Source of the DNA: Candidatus Woesearchaeota archaeon
GTDB lineage: Archaea > Nanobdellota > Nanobdellia > Pacearchaeales > GW2011-AR1
Direction of reading: 5' to 3'
Assembly (NCBI GenBank): GCA_964516745.1
Contig: CAZEYD010000001.1
Span: forward strand, 303,309-367,308
DNA length: 64,000 nucleotides
The notes beneath the pieces are model-generated. The model was not told where the DNA came from, ran no database searches, and worked only from the letters and a program-made list of their open reading frames with translations. The translations under genes were made by a program, and so were the position numbers. Shown piece by piece: positions 17,609-26,247 of this stretch (the first letter of the stretch is position 1; the number at the start of each line of letters is the position of its first letter).

Positions 17609-17895
17609 ACCCCCTATTTCAAATGGAACTTATTTTATAGACTCTTTTTACTTAAAATATTTTAAAGACGAAGATTACTCTAAATTTTTATATCCCTCAC
17701 CCCATCATTTCCTTTCCAAAAGAAACTATCAACAATAATAATAATGGTAAATAATTATTCTAAAATATATATTCATTAATAACTATTACATTATACTATA
17801 TTATATTATATAAATACTTTTAAATAAAATTAATAAAATTAATAAATTAAATGTTTAAATATTTTATAATAAATCTCCAACAGAAATAGTAGGGT
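17609..17895. promoter_or_regulatory. Candidate replication origin (oriC): inverted ORB-like elements flanking an extremely AT-rich unwinding region
   Basis: The reverse complement of 17609-17629 reads GTTCCATTTGAAATAGGGGGT. The forward strand at 17874-17895 reads TCTCCAACAGAAATAGTAGGGT. The shared core is TCCAnnnGAAATAG..GGGT, in inverted orientation. A third mini-ORB-like TTCCAAAAGAAAC lies at 17714-17726. Positions ~17735-17872 are almost pure A/T. Confidence 0.55.
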
Positions 17896-18013
17896 CACAC
17901 CCATAACAAATAAAAATTATTTATTTGAATAAAATAATCAAATTAAAGTATACATACTAGAATATATTATTAAATACACAAACATTTATAAAATATTTTA
18001 ATTTATATCAAAT

Positions 18014-18268
18014 ATGGAAAAAAGATCATTCAAATCATTTTTAGGAAAACAGGTAGTAACTAAAGAAGGAAAAAAATTAGGATTAGTAAAAGATATTACA
18101 TTTGAATCAAGAACGGGTGAATTAATTCATTTAGTAATAAAAGATTTAACAACATATACAGCAAATCTTTCATTAGAAAAAACAAAAGAAAAAGAAGCCT
18201 TAGTTCCATATAATTCTGTAATTGCAGTAGGCGATTTTATTGTAGTTTCTGAAGAAGACTTAATGTAA
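18014..18268 (+). CDS. PRC-barrel domain protein
   Basis: FLGKQVVTKEGKKLGLVKDITFESRTGELIHLVI...VPYNSVIAVGDFIVV is the typical PRC-barrel pattern. Confidence 0.6.
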   Translation: MEKRSFKSFLGKQVVTKEGKKLGLVKDITFESRTGELIHLVIKDLTTYTANLSLEKTKEKEALVPYNSVIAVGDFIVVSEEDLM

Positions 18269-18312
18269 ACAAACATAATAAAACTTAAAAACCCTCAATA
18301 TTAAAAGATAAC

Positions 18313-18720
18313 ATGGTAATGAAATTATTAGGATCAAAATATATTAAAATTTTTGCACAAATAAATCCAGATTTTAGTGGAAAATTGAATATGAATCAAA
18401 ATATTAATATAAAAAAGATAGAAAAATATAAACCAGACCTTTCTAAGCAAGATAGTTTAAGAATTGAATATATATATACAATAGATTATAAAGAATTAGG
18501 AAAAATAGAAATAGAAGGAATATTGTTTATAGGCGGGGATAGTAAAATTCAAAAAGATCTTTTAAAAAGTTGGAATGAAAAAGATCATAATACACCAGAA
18601 CAAATAGCAGTAATGAATTTAATTATACAGAAAGCATCAATAAAGGCTGTAGAAATAGAAGAGGAATTGTCATTACCAATACATTTCAAATTACCATCAT
18701 TACAACCAAAGACAGAATAA
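18313..18720 (+). CDS. Hypothetical protein
   Basis: 135-aa ORF with no recognisable motif. Confidence 0.5.
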   Translation: MVMKLLGSKYIKIFAQINPDFSGKLNMNQNINIKKIEKYKPDLSKQDSLRIEYIYTIDYKELGKIEIEGILFIGGDSKIQKDLLKSWNEKDHNTPEQIAVMNLIIQKASIKAVEIEEELSLPIHFKLPSLQPKTE

Positions 18721-18759
18721 ATTCTAAAAATTTATAAAAGATATTAAATATAATAAATT

Positions 18760-19029
18760 ATGCCAAAAATATCAATCAAAAAAAAAGAAAAGATTTCAGA
18801 ACAAATTTTATTTTATTTATATTCTCAGTTTCCCAAACAATTATTTACAGCTGAAATAGCTAATGAATTAGCAAGAGATGAAGAATTTATAAAAGAAATG
18901 TTGATAGGAATGGAGAAGAAAGGTCTTATATTAAAAATAACAAAAAATCCAAATGGAATAAGTTATATAAGAAGATTAAGATGGAGAATTTCTAATAAAG
19001 CTTACAATATCTATAAACAAATGCAGTAA
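18760..19029 (+). CDS. Small winged-helix DNA-binding protein
   Basis: 89 aa. ILFYLYSQFPKQLFTAEIANELARDEEFIKEMLIGMEKKGLI resembles a wHTH. Confidence 0.55.
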   Translation: MPKISIKKKEKISEQILFYLYSQFPKQLFTAEIANELARDEEFIKEMLIGMEKKGLILKITKNPNGISYIRRLRWRISNKAYNIYKQMQ

Positions 19030-19089
19030 TCAAAATAATATACAATGATTTATAATTATAATTATAAACAACAAACATATTAATTTATT

Positions 19090-19899
19090 ATGGATTTAAT
19101 AAAAGAGGCCTTCACCAAAATAAAAAATGACATCAATATATTAAGAAATGAAATAAACACAATTAATAATGAAGTAAAAAACATATCTACAGAACAAATA
19201 CAAACAGACACAATAATGCAACAAATAGGAGCACTAAGAGAGCAAATAGATAGTCTTCTTAACAAACAATCAATAGTCAAACAGACGAATATACAAGAAA
19301 AAAACCCAACAATTCCAACACAAAATATATCGTCCATATCAATTTCTCCAACAATTCTAACACAAGAACAGATACTAGAAGAGGAAAAAGGTGATTTAGG
19401 GGGCCTAAAATACCAGAATCGTAATCTCTCCATAGGAAATGGTGGGGTCCCAACAAACACACCAACAAACACACCAACAAACCAACACAGGAATATATCA
19501 ATACCAAATAATCAAAAGGATACAAAAACCATAAATAATAAAGAATATCTTAATTTACCAACATCATTTGAAAGAGCTAGTCAAATATTAGAATCATTAG
19601 ATGATATAAAAAAAGACATAAGAAAGACATTCAAACAACTTACCAACCAAGAAATGATGGTTTTTTCAACCTTATATACATATAACGAGCAAAGAATAGA
19701 AGAAATAACATATAAAATGATTGCCAATACGTTAAAATTGAGTGAATCGTCAATAAGGGATTATATAAACCGTTTAATAAAAAAAGGGATCCCAATAGAG
19801 AAACGTCGTCTAAATAACAAGAAAATCATACTAAATGTATCAACAAACCTATTAGAAGTCACTAATTTATCAACAATAACAAGATTAAGAAACCTCTAA
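19090..19899 (+). CDS. Coiled-coil protein with C-terminal HTH domain
   Basis: N-terminal heptad-like region, a PTNTPTN low-complexity stretch, then a C-terminal LTNQEMMVFSTLY...IANTLKLSESSIRDYINRLIKKG. Confidence 0.55.
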   Translation: MDLIKEAFTKIKNDINILRNEINTINNEVKNISTEQIQTDTIMQQIGALREQIDSLLNKQSIVKQTNIQEKNPTIPTQNISSISISPTILTQEQILEEEKGDLGGLKYQNRNLSIGNGGVPTNTPTNTPTNQHRNISIPNNQKDTKTINNKEYLNLPTSFERASQILESLDDIKKDIRKTFKQLTNQEMMVFSTLYTYNEQRIEEITYKMIANTLKLSESSIRDYINRLIKKGIPIEKRRLNNKKIILNVSTNLLEVTNLSTITRLRNL

Positions 19900-20088
19900 T
19901 TCAAAATAACTTATTCGATAAACCGAATAAATAGATAATTATATTAAAGTTAACACTAAATGAATTTAATACAACAAAATATTTACATAAGTAACAAAAT
20001 AGCGTCGACAAAATAGATTTTTAACATTTAAAAAAGACTAATCAAACAAAAAATATTATATAACCCAAACTTTTTGTGTATAATAATA

Positions 20089-20190
20089 TCTCACTTTTTC
20101 ATTTACTAATATATTTTTAGTTATATCTCACTTTTACTACAAAAAATGTATCTTTTTTCATCATTTTTTGCTTAGCTAACTCTCACTTTT
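20089..20190 (+). repeat. Three direct copies of TCTCACTTTT in a 300-bp noncoding spacer
   Basis: Copies at 20089-20098, 20126-20135 and 20181-20190. CGTCGACAAA lies at 20003-20012 just outside. Confidence 0.7.
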
Positions 20191-20197
20191 CATACTT

Positions 20198-20800
20198 TTA
20201 GTGCTTTTTAGCTCTTTTTATCTTAATTTTTATACTTTTTGTTATATAATCTTTCATTTTATCAGGAATAAAGACTCTTTTTTTACCAGAAGGCTCCATA
20301 AGTTCACCAATAATTCCTGGGATCTTTTGTTTTATAGTGTTTATTTGCCCTCTCACAGTGCTTTTGTTCTTACCAAACATGCTTGATAAGTCCTCATAAC
20401 TCAGTTTTAATTCACTATTTAACAAAGCAAAAACAATTGCCCTTTCCATCACAGTTAATCTATATAATCCATCTGTTTGAACACCTGTTTGGACATCTGT
20501 TTGAACAGAGTTAAACGTTGTATCTGTTTGAACGGAATTAGACACCTGTTTGGACACACCCTGTCCAAAGAATGCAGAATTAGCTCTAATTGTTTCAATG
20601 TCCTTTTTTAGGTTAGCTAATTCATTATCAAGAGAACTATTTTTTTTATCATTTTTATCAGACTTATCGTCGAGAACCGTTATCCATTCACCCACTTTAG
20701 CAAAGTCTTTTTTTACGTTATCAAAAGACTCAACAATTTCCTTTCTTAATTCATTGATTTTCCTTTTTTGACCAAACATCTTATGGTTAAGAATAAACAC
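20198..20800 (-). CDS. Coiled-coil protein with VQT[DG] repeats and C-terminal HTH domain (paralog-like to 19090-19899)
   Basis: NSVQTDTTFNSVQTDVQTGVQTDG repeats, followed by LTVMERAIVFALL...LSSMFGKNKSTVRGQINTIKQK. Confidence 0.55.
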   Translation of the reverse strand: MFILNHKMFGQKRKINELRKEIVESFDNVKKDFAKVGEWITVLDDKSDKNDKKNSSLDNELANLKKDIETIRANSAFFGQGVSKQVSNSVQTDTTFNSVQTDVQTGVQTDGLYRLTVMERAIVFALLNSELKLSYEDLSSMFGKNKSTVRGQINTIKQKIPGIIGELMEPSGKKRVFIPDKMKDYITKSIKIKIKRAKKH

Positions 20801-21091
20801 CTGTTTATAAAACTTCCCACCTGTTCAAACAGCAAACAGCCTTTAGACACCAATTAGTAATAATATGTTAATAAATAAACAAGTAAATATTTATATTTTT
20901 CATTCTTCTATAATTATAACGTCGACAAATAAAAAATCTAAAAAAAAAGACAATTTCATTTATAACTTACATAAACACCTGTTTGCACATTGTTTGAACG
21001 GTATCATGTTTAATACACCTGTCCAAACACAACTAAAACAACTACAAACATTAAAGTAAAAATTTAAATAGATAAACAAATATTATACAAT

Positions 21092-21394
21092 ATGCAAATA
21101 AAAAAAAGATTATCATATTCATTTATGATAGCAGCAAGCACGTTAATATTATCTTTTATTTTTCCAATTATCCCATGTAGAAAAGCACCAAATATTCCTA
21201 ACCCAATATATAAATGGTCTATGTGTACGTTGAATTCAGGATCAATATTACAAACAAACTCAACAATCGAATATTTTGGATATACAACAAATCTTAGTAG
21301 TGCAGTATTCACTTTAGTGATATTAATATCCATTATAACATACCTAACCTTAGTTCTAATTGCAAGAAGCAATAAAAAAAAAAGAAATAAGTAG
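21092..21394 (+). CDS. Small two-helix membrane protein, hypothetical
   Basis: Two hydrophobic segments and a basic tail KKKRNK. It is preferred over the overlapping antisense ORF at 21064-21372. Confidence 0.35.
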   Translation: MQIKKRLSYSFMIAASTLILSFIFPIIPCRKAPNIPNPIYKWSMCTLNSGSILQTNSTIEYFGYTTNLSSAVFTLVILISIITYLTLVLIARSNKKKRNK

Positions 21395-21839
21395 GATCAA
21401 AATAGTCGGTAAAACACTATATCTGTTACAACAAATATCAGTGTAATTAAAGAATAAATTATTTTATAATAGAATAGGTGTATGAATATCTGTCTAAGAA
21501 TCAATATCAATAAAGAGAAAGGTACATATTTCCCTGTTTAGAAATAAATAAAAATACAAATTTGTCAATTTCAATTTTTAGTAATACAATAAAAAAGAGT
21601 GAAAAATTAGGTAAATTATTATGAAAGATAAATAAAATAAACATCAAAATAAGTAGAGATAGTCATCGAATTAAAGCGATTTTGATTCAAAAAAATAAAT
21701 AATTACTTTCGTTATTTTGTTACGATCAAAACAAATCTAAAAAATATGAAATAAGAATGGATACCTACAAAATAAATATTACAAACAAATTTTATCTTTT
21801 GAGTGGCTCAAAAACCGAAAAACCCCTAAAATATTCGAA

Positions 21840-21867
21840 AGTTCGTACAATATGCATTGTGTGAAGT
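21840..21867 (+). promoter_or_regulatory. dif-like 11-6-11 site 1
   Basis: AGTTCGTACAA-TATGCA-TTGTGTGAAGT. The arms are imperfect inverted repeats, 8 of 11. Confidence 0.45.
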
Positions 21868-21941
21868 TCTAATGTATATAAACGAACGGAAATGGGCCGT
21901 TCTTACAAAAATATTTATATGCGAACGAATAATAATCTGAT

Positions 21942-22427
21942 ATGATAAAAATATGTGCAAATTGTGGAGAACAAAAAGAACATCACGCAAAAAACCTTTG
22001 TTATAGCTGTTATAAAAAGTTAAATTGGCAACCAAAGATAAAAATATGCAAAAGGTGTAAAAAAAAAAGAGCTATACATGCAAAAGGTCTTTGTGCATCT
22101 TGCTACAATTATGTGTTTCATCTTGATAAGAATAGGGCATACAATCAAAGAAAATCAAACAACATTGATCTAAAAACATACAGAAAAATCACAGAAAAAT
22201 GTGTAATATGCGGGTTTGATAAGGTAGTAGATATCCATCACCTAGATTTCAATAAAAAGAATAACTCCTCTGATAATCTAATTGGACTATGTCCTAACCA
22301 TCACCGTATGGCAAATAATTATAATCATAAGTACGAAATATTCCAAGAATTACAAAAATTAGGATATATATTACCATTGAACATAAAGATAGAATTTCAT
22401 AAAAACAAGGGGTCTGCTATTATCTAA
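21942..22427 (+). CDS. HNH endonuclease with duplicated N-terminal Zn-ribbon
   Basis: CANCGEQKEHHAKNLCYSCY and CKRCKKKRAIHAKGLCASCY form a duplicated Cys4 unit. The C-terminal HNH motif reads CVICGFDKVVDIHHLDFNKKNNSSDNLIGLCPNHHRMANN. Confidence 0.7.
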   Translation: MIKICANCGEQKEHHAKNLCYSCYKKLNWQPKIKICKRCKKKRAIHAKGLCASCYNYVFHLDKNRAYNQRKSNNIDLKTYRKITEKCVICGFDKVVDIHHLDFNKKNNSSDNLIGLCPNHHRMANNYNHKYEIFQELQKLGYILPLNIKIEFHKNKGSAII

Positions 22428-22599
22428 AAACATACATATTTCTTAGTCAGGGGCATCCTAAGCCAATTAAAACAATAAGTATAGGTAATACTCACAATAA
22501 AAGAAAGAGTCCAGTACTGACTTAGAAGAAAGGGCTCATTAAAATGAATGAAACAGAATTTATATCAAAAACAAAAAAACAGATATTTCCCAACAGAAA

Positions 22600-22627
22600 G
22601 GTTCGCACAATAATAATTATAACATAT
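22600..22627 (+). promoter_or_regulatory. dif-like 11-6-11 site 2
   Basis: GGTTCGCACAA-TAATAA-TTATAACATAT. The left arm matches sites 1 and 3 at 10 of 11. Confidence 0.35.
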
Positions 22628-22638
22628 TTTAGAGAGAG

Positions 22639-22751
22639 AAAAGTGAGAGTTAGATATGATAAATAAATACGTAAAATGTATAAAAAGTGAGAGCATTGGC
22701 AATATTTAGTGAAAATTATTCTAAATAATGGTTGATTTGTAAAAAGTGAGA
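22639..22751 (-). repeat. Three copies of AAAAGTGAGA (reverse complement of TCTCACTTTT) in a 500-bp noncoding spacer
   Basis: Copies at 22639-22648, 22683-22692 and 22742-22751. TTTGTCGACG (reverse complement of CGTCGACAAA) lies at 22768-22777 just outside. Confidence 0.7.
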
Positions 22752-22903
22752 AGTATACAATAATAAATTTGTCGACGATAAAAATACAATTAATAGAAAG
22801 ATAAAAAGAAATAAGAACTTCAAAATAATAACAATTAAAGATATTCGTTTTAACGAATAACCATAATACATTATAAAGTAATTATAAATATATAAAAACA
22901 AAA

Positions 22904-22931
22904 GGTTCGTACAATCTAAGAGGTGTGTAAT
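22904..22931 (+). promoter_or_regulatory. dif-like 11-6-11 site 3, overlapping the xer start codon
   Basis: GGTTCGTACAA-TCTAAG-AGGTGTGTAAT. The xer ATG lies at 22930-22932, and a TATA-like tataaatatata lies ~35 nt upstream. Confidence 0.4.
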
Positions 22932-23757
22932 GAATAAAAAAGAGTTTTTAAAAAAGGTAGAAATAGAGTTAAAGATATCAAAGAATTCGGAGTACACAGT
23001 TAGAAATTACATTAGAGCTAATGAAGAATTAATAAATTTTGTAGATAAATTTCCAAAAGAGATAAATCCAGATGATATAAAATTATATCTAGCAGAAAAT
23101 TGTTCAGATAGGGCTACAAGTTCGGTTATATTGTTTTTATCAGCGATAAGATATGCTCATCTTGCAGTTTTTCAGAAAGATCCAACACAGATTATAAAGC
23201 GTCCAAAAAAAGAAAAAAGAATCCCAACCGTATTAACAAAAGAAGAGGTAAAACAATTAATAAATATAATAACAAACCAAAAGTCTAAGCTAATTATTTC
23301 TCTTATTTATGCCTGTGGATTAAGAGTCTCAGAAATAGTTACATTAAAAATAAATGACTTAGATTTCATAGAAAATGTTGGACACATAAGGCAGGCAAAG
23401 GGAAAAAAAGATAGAATGGTAAATATCCCCAAATTTCTAACAGATGATTTAAAATATCAAGTAAAAAAACAAAAAGATCAGAAACAAGAATACTTATTTA
23501 CCGGACCAAAAGGAAAAATGACAACAAGGAACATACAAAAAATAGTACAAAAAGCATCAGATAAATTAGATATAAATAAAAGTATTCATTGTCATACTCT
23601 AAGACACTCATTCGCTACACATTTATTAGAAAATAATGTAGATATAAGAAAAATTCAAGAGTTATTAGGACACGCAGATTTATCTACAACACAGATATAC
23701 ACACACATCTCAAGACAAGAGCTAAAAAAAATCCAATCACCACTAGATACATTATAA
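22930..23757 (+). CDS. xerA: Tyrosine recombinase, XerA/XerCD-like
   Basis: The catalytic pattern is present: GLRVSE (R), GKKDR (K), HTLRHSFAT (HxxR), LGHADL (H) and QIYTH (Y). Confidence 0.85.
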   Translation: MNKKEFLKKVEIELKISKNSEYTVRNYIRANEELINFVDKFPKEINPDDIKLYLAENCSDRATSSVILFLSAIRYAHLAVFQKDPTQIIKRPKKEKRIPTVLTKEEVKQLINIITNQKSKLIISLIYACGLRVSEIVTLKINDLDFIENVGHIRQAKGKKDRMVNIPKFLTDDLKYQVKKQKDQKQEYLFTGPKGKMTTRNIQKIVQKASDKLDINKSIHCHTLRHSFATHLLENNVDIRKIQELLGHADLSTTQIYTHISRQELKKIQSPLDTL

Positions 23758-23783
23758 ACAGCTGTCCAAAAAACAAACAAGTA

Positions 23784-25397
23784 TCAAGTACTTTTTCTTT
23801 TTATTGCACTTTCGATTAAGCCTAAAAATAATGGTGCAGGTTTTTCCAATTTTGACTTAAATTCAGGATGTGCCTGAGTTCCAATAAAATAAGGATGTTG
23901 TTCTAAAGAAATAAACTCTACCAACATTCCGTTCTCACTCATTCCTGCTAAACTCATACCGTTATTTTCTAGAATAGAATGATATTTTGGATTGACTTCA
24001 TAACGATGTCTATGCCTTTCATCTATATTTTCAGAATTATACGCATCATAAATTTTGGTCCCGAGTTTTATTCTAGCATTATAAGATCCAAGTCGGAGAG
24101 TACCTCCAATATCTATTTTTATATTTTGACCAGGTAAATATTTTATTACCTGATGTTCTGAAATTAAATCAAATTCTTCACTAGTTGCATCTCTTACTTC
24201 ACAAACATTTCTTAAAAACTCGATAACCGCTAATTGTAATCCTAAACAAATCCCTAAAAAAGGAATATTATTTTCTCGAGCATATTTAATCACTTTAATT
24301 TTACCTTCAGTTCCTCTGTTCCCAAATCCCCCAGGAACAATTATCGCATCAACTCCTTCTAAAATCCTTTTTACATCCTCATCATTTTCTAAATTTGAAG
24401 TTTCGATCATTTCAATTTCAATTTGTTTTTTAGTTTTTGCTTTACAATGAGTTAATGCCTCAATAATCGAAGCATAAGAATCTTCTAATCCTGTATATTT
24501 TCCACAAATAGCAACTTTAATCGGATTTTCTTTTTCTAATACACCTAAGCTTTTTGTTAAATCAATCCATCTTAAATCAACTTCTTTAGAAAGTTCTAGT
24601 TCCAACTTTGTATTAAGTAAGTGAATCATATTTTGTTTAACATAAATTTCAGGAATTTCATAAATATTTTTTACATCATGCGCCGAAATAACATCTTCTC
24701 TTCTAACATTACAAAAGAGAGCAATTTTATCTTTTATTTGGTCACTTATCTTGTCAGTACATCTAGCCAGAATAATATCGGGTTTAATTCCTCTTTCTAA
24801 AAGTAGCTTAACACTTTGTTGAGTAGGCTTTGTTTTAGGCTCACCAACATGAGGAGGAATAGGCACATATGTTAGATGAACAAACATACAATTCATTTCT
24901 CCAAGTTCACTACCTAGCTGTTTAATAGTTTCGATGAATAATTCAGATTCAATATCTCCAACAGTACCCCCAACCTCAACAATAACAATCTCAGCATTTC
25001 CTGCAGCGATTTTAATCTTTTCTTTAATTAAATCAGTAACGTGTGGAATTAACTGAACAGTTTTTCCTAAATAATCTCCTCTCCGTTCTTTCTTCTGAAT
25101 ATCCGAGAAGACTCTTCCCATAGTAATTGATTGTTCTTTTGTACAAGTACAATTAAAATATCTTTCATAATGTCCAAAATCCATATCAACTTCAGTACCA
25201 TCATCTAGAACAAAAACTTCTCCATGTTCTTTTGGATTCATAGTTCCGGGATCTGTATTTAGGTAACCATCCATCTTTACAGGAACAACATTATATTTAT
25301 GAGACAGAATATGACCAATACTTGCAGCAGCAATTCCTTTACCCAATCCAGAAAGCACGCCTCCCGTAACAAAGATAAACTTTTGTTGCATTATCAA
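23784..25397 (-). CDS. pyrG: CTP synthase
   Basis: N-terminal KFIFVTGGVLSGLGKGI, and a glutaminase domain with GICLGLQ and HRHRYEVN. Confidence 0.95.
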   Translation of the reverse strand: MIMQQKFIFVTGGVLSGLGKGIAAASIGHILSHKYNVVPVKMDGYLNTDPGTMNPKEHGEVFVLDDGTEVDMDFGHYERYFNCTCTKEQSITMGRVFSDIQKKERRGDYLGKTVQLIPHVTDLIKEKIKIAAGNAEIVIVEVGGTVGDIESELFIETIKQLGSELGEMNCMFVHLTYVPIPPHVGEPKTKPTQQSVKLLLERGIKPDIILARCTDKISDQIKDKIALFCNVRREDVISAHDVKNIYEIPEIYVKQNMIHLLNTKLELELSKEVDLRWIDLTKSLGVLEKENPIKVAICGKYTGLEDSYASIIEALTHCKAKTKKQIEIEMIETSNLENDEDVKRILEGVDAIIVPGGFGNRGTEGKIKVIKYARENNIPFLGICLGLQLAVIEFLRNVCEVRDATSEEFDLISEHQVIKYLPGQNIKIDIGGTLRLGSYNARIKLGTKIYDAYNSENIDERHRHRYEVNPKYHSILENNGMSLAGMSENGMLVEFISLEQHPYFIGTQAHPEFKSKLEKPAPLFLGLIESAIKRKST

Positions 25398-25577
25398 GAA
25401 TATAAAAACTCATTTTTATATTTGCTTATAGTCAAATATACATTAATTTAAATATTTTAAATAATACACAACAATGGATTATTGTCCACAAATTTTACTA
25501 ATTTTAATATATATTAAAAAGAGGTAGTTTTCTATATCAACCCTTAAATTTAAAAGGAAATTTTTCTTAGTTAGTTT

Positions 25578-26228
25578 ATGGCAATAAAAACCCCAGATAT
25601 TTTACCAGGAGAACCAGGATGGGAAAAACTCCAGAAAAAAAAACAATCTAAGAAAAAAGAACAGGCATCATCCACAAAATCTAAGAAAAAAGCACCAACA
25701 AAAATTGGTAAAATAGTATTAGGGGAGAAGGCATTCAGATTTGGACTCCCATTTACAACACACAAAAAAGAAACCAAATATTTCATCTGGAGATATAGAA
25801 GAAAAATAGGAGAGGTTATAGTTACAAATATAGGTGAAAACGATGAGAGCATAGAACTTTCCCTTATAAGACTTAAAGGGGTTGGCAATTTTAAAAGTTT
25901 AATTGACGATGTTGATTTTCAAAAGCAATGGGAATCAAGAGAACAAGAATTACTAAAGACACAGGCCAGTTGTCACATCTGTCAGAGAAAGATTTCTAAA
26001 GTAGCTAAACCAAACATTTACCATTATAATTTATTCAAGAAAAGGGCAGACATTTTAGAAAAATCTAAAAAAGTTGCAGACGAAATAAAGTCAGGTAAAC
26101 TTACTGTATCAGAAGGTTGGGACAAGTTTAATGATATATTAGAAGAAGGAAACAGATATTTTATGTCATTGAAGGAAACAGCATTGATTTGCACAAGTTG
26201 CGCAAAATCAAAACAACTAGATTACTAA
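25578..26228 (+). CDS. Hypothetical protein with Lys-rich N-terminus and C-terminal Cys pairs
   Basis: 216-aa ORF with CHICQ...CTSCAK. No family was recognised. Confidence 0.5.
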   Translation: MAIKTPDILPGEPGWEKLQKKKQSKKKEQASSTKSKKKAPTKIGKIVLGEKAFRFGLPFTTHKKETKYFIWRYRRKIGEVIVTNIGENDESIELSLIRLKGVGNFKSLIDDVDFQKQWESREQELLKTQASCHICQRKISKVAKPNIYHYNLFKKRADILEKSKKVADEIKSGKLTVSEGWDKFNDILEEGNRYFMSLKETALICTSCAKSKQLDY

Positions 26229-26247
26229 ATATTTTTAAATAACTAAA

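Noticed and set aside
19440-19480. A caacaaacaca microsatellite.
   Set aside because: It lies inside a CDS and simply encodes the PTNTPTN low-complexity linker. There are only ~3 units.
20865-21059. A 64-aa plus-strand ORF in the repeat-rich spacer.
   Set aside because: It is probably noncoding. The region is better explained by the recurring ACACCTGT motif copies and a CGTCGACAAA box.
21064-21372. Minus-strand 102-aa ORF overlapping 21092-21394.
   Set aside because: Only one of the two can be real. The plus-strand product has clean TM helices and a basic tail, whereas the minus-strand product looks like an antisense artefact. Both remain low confidence.
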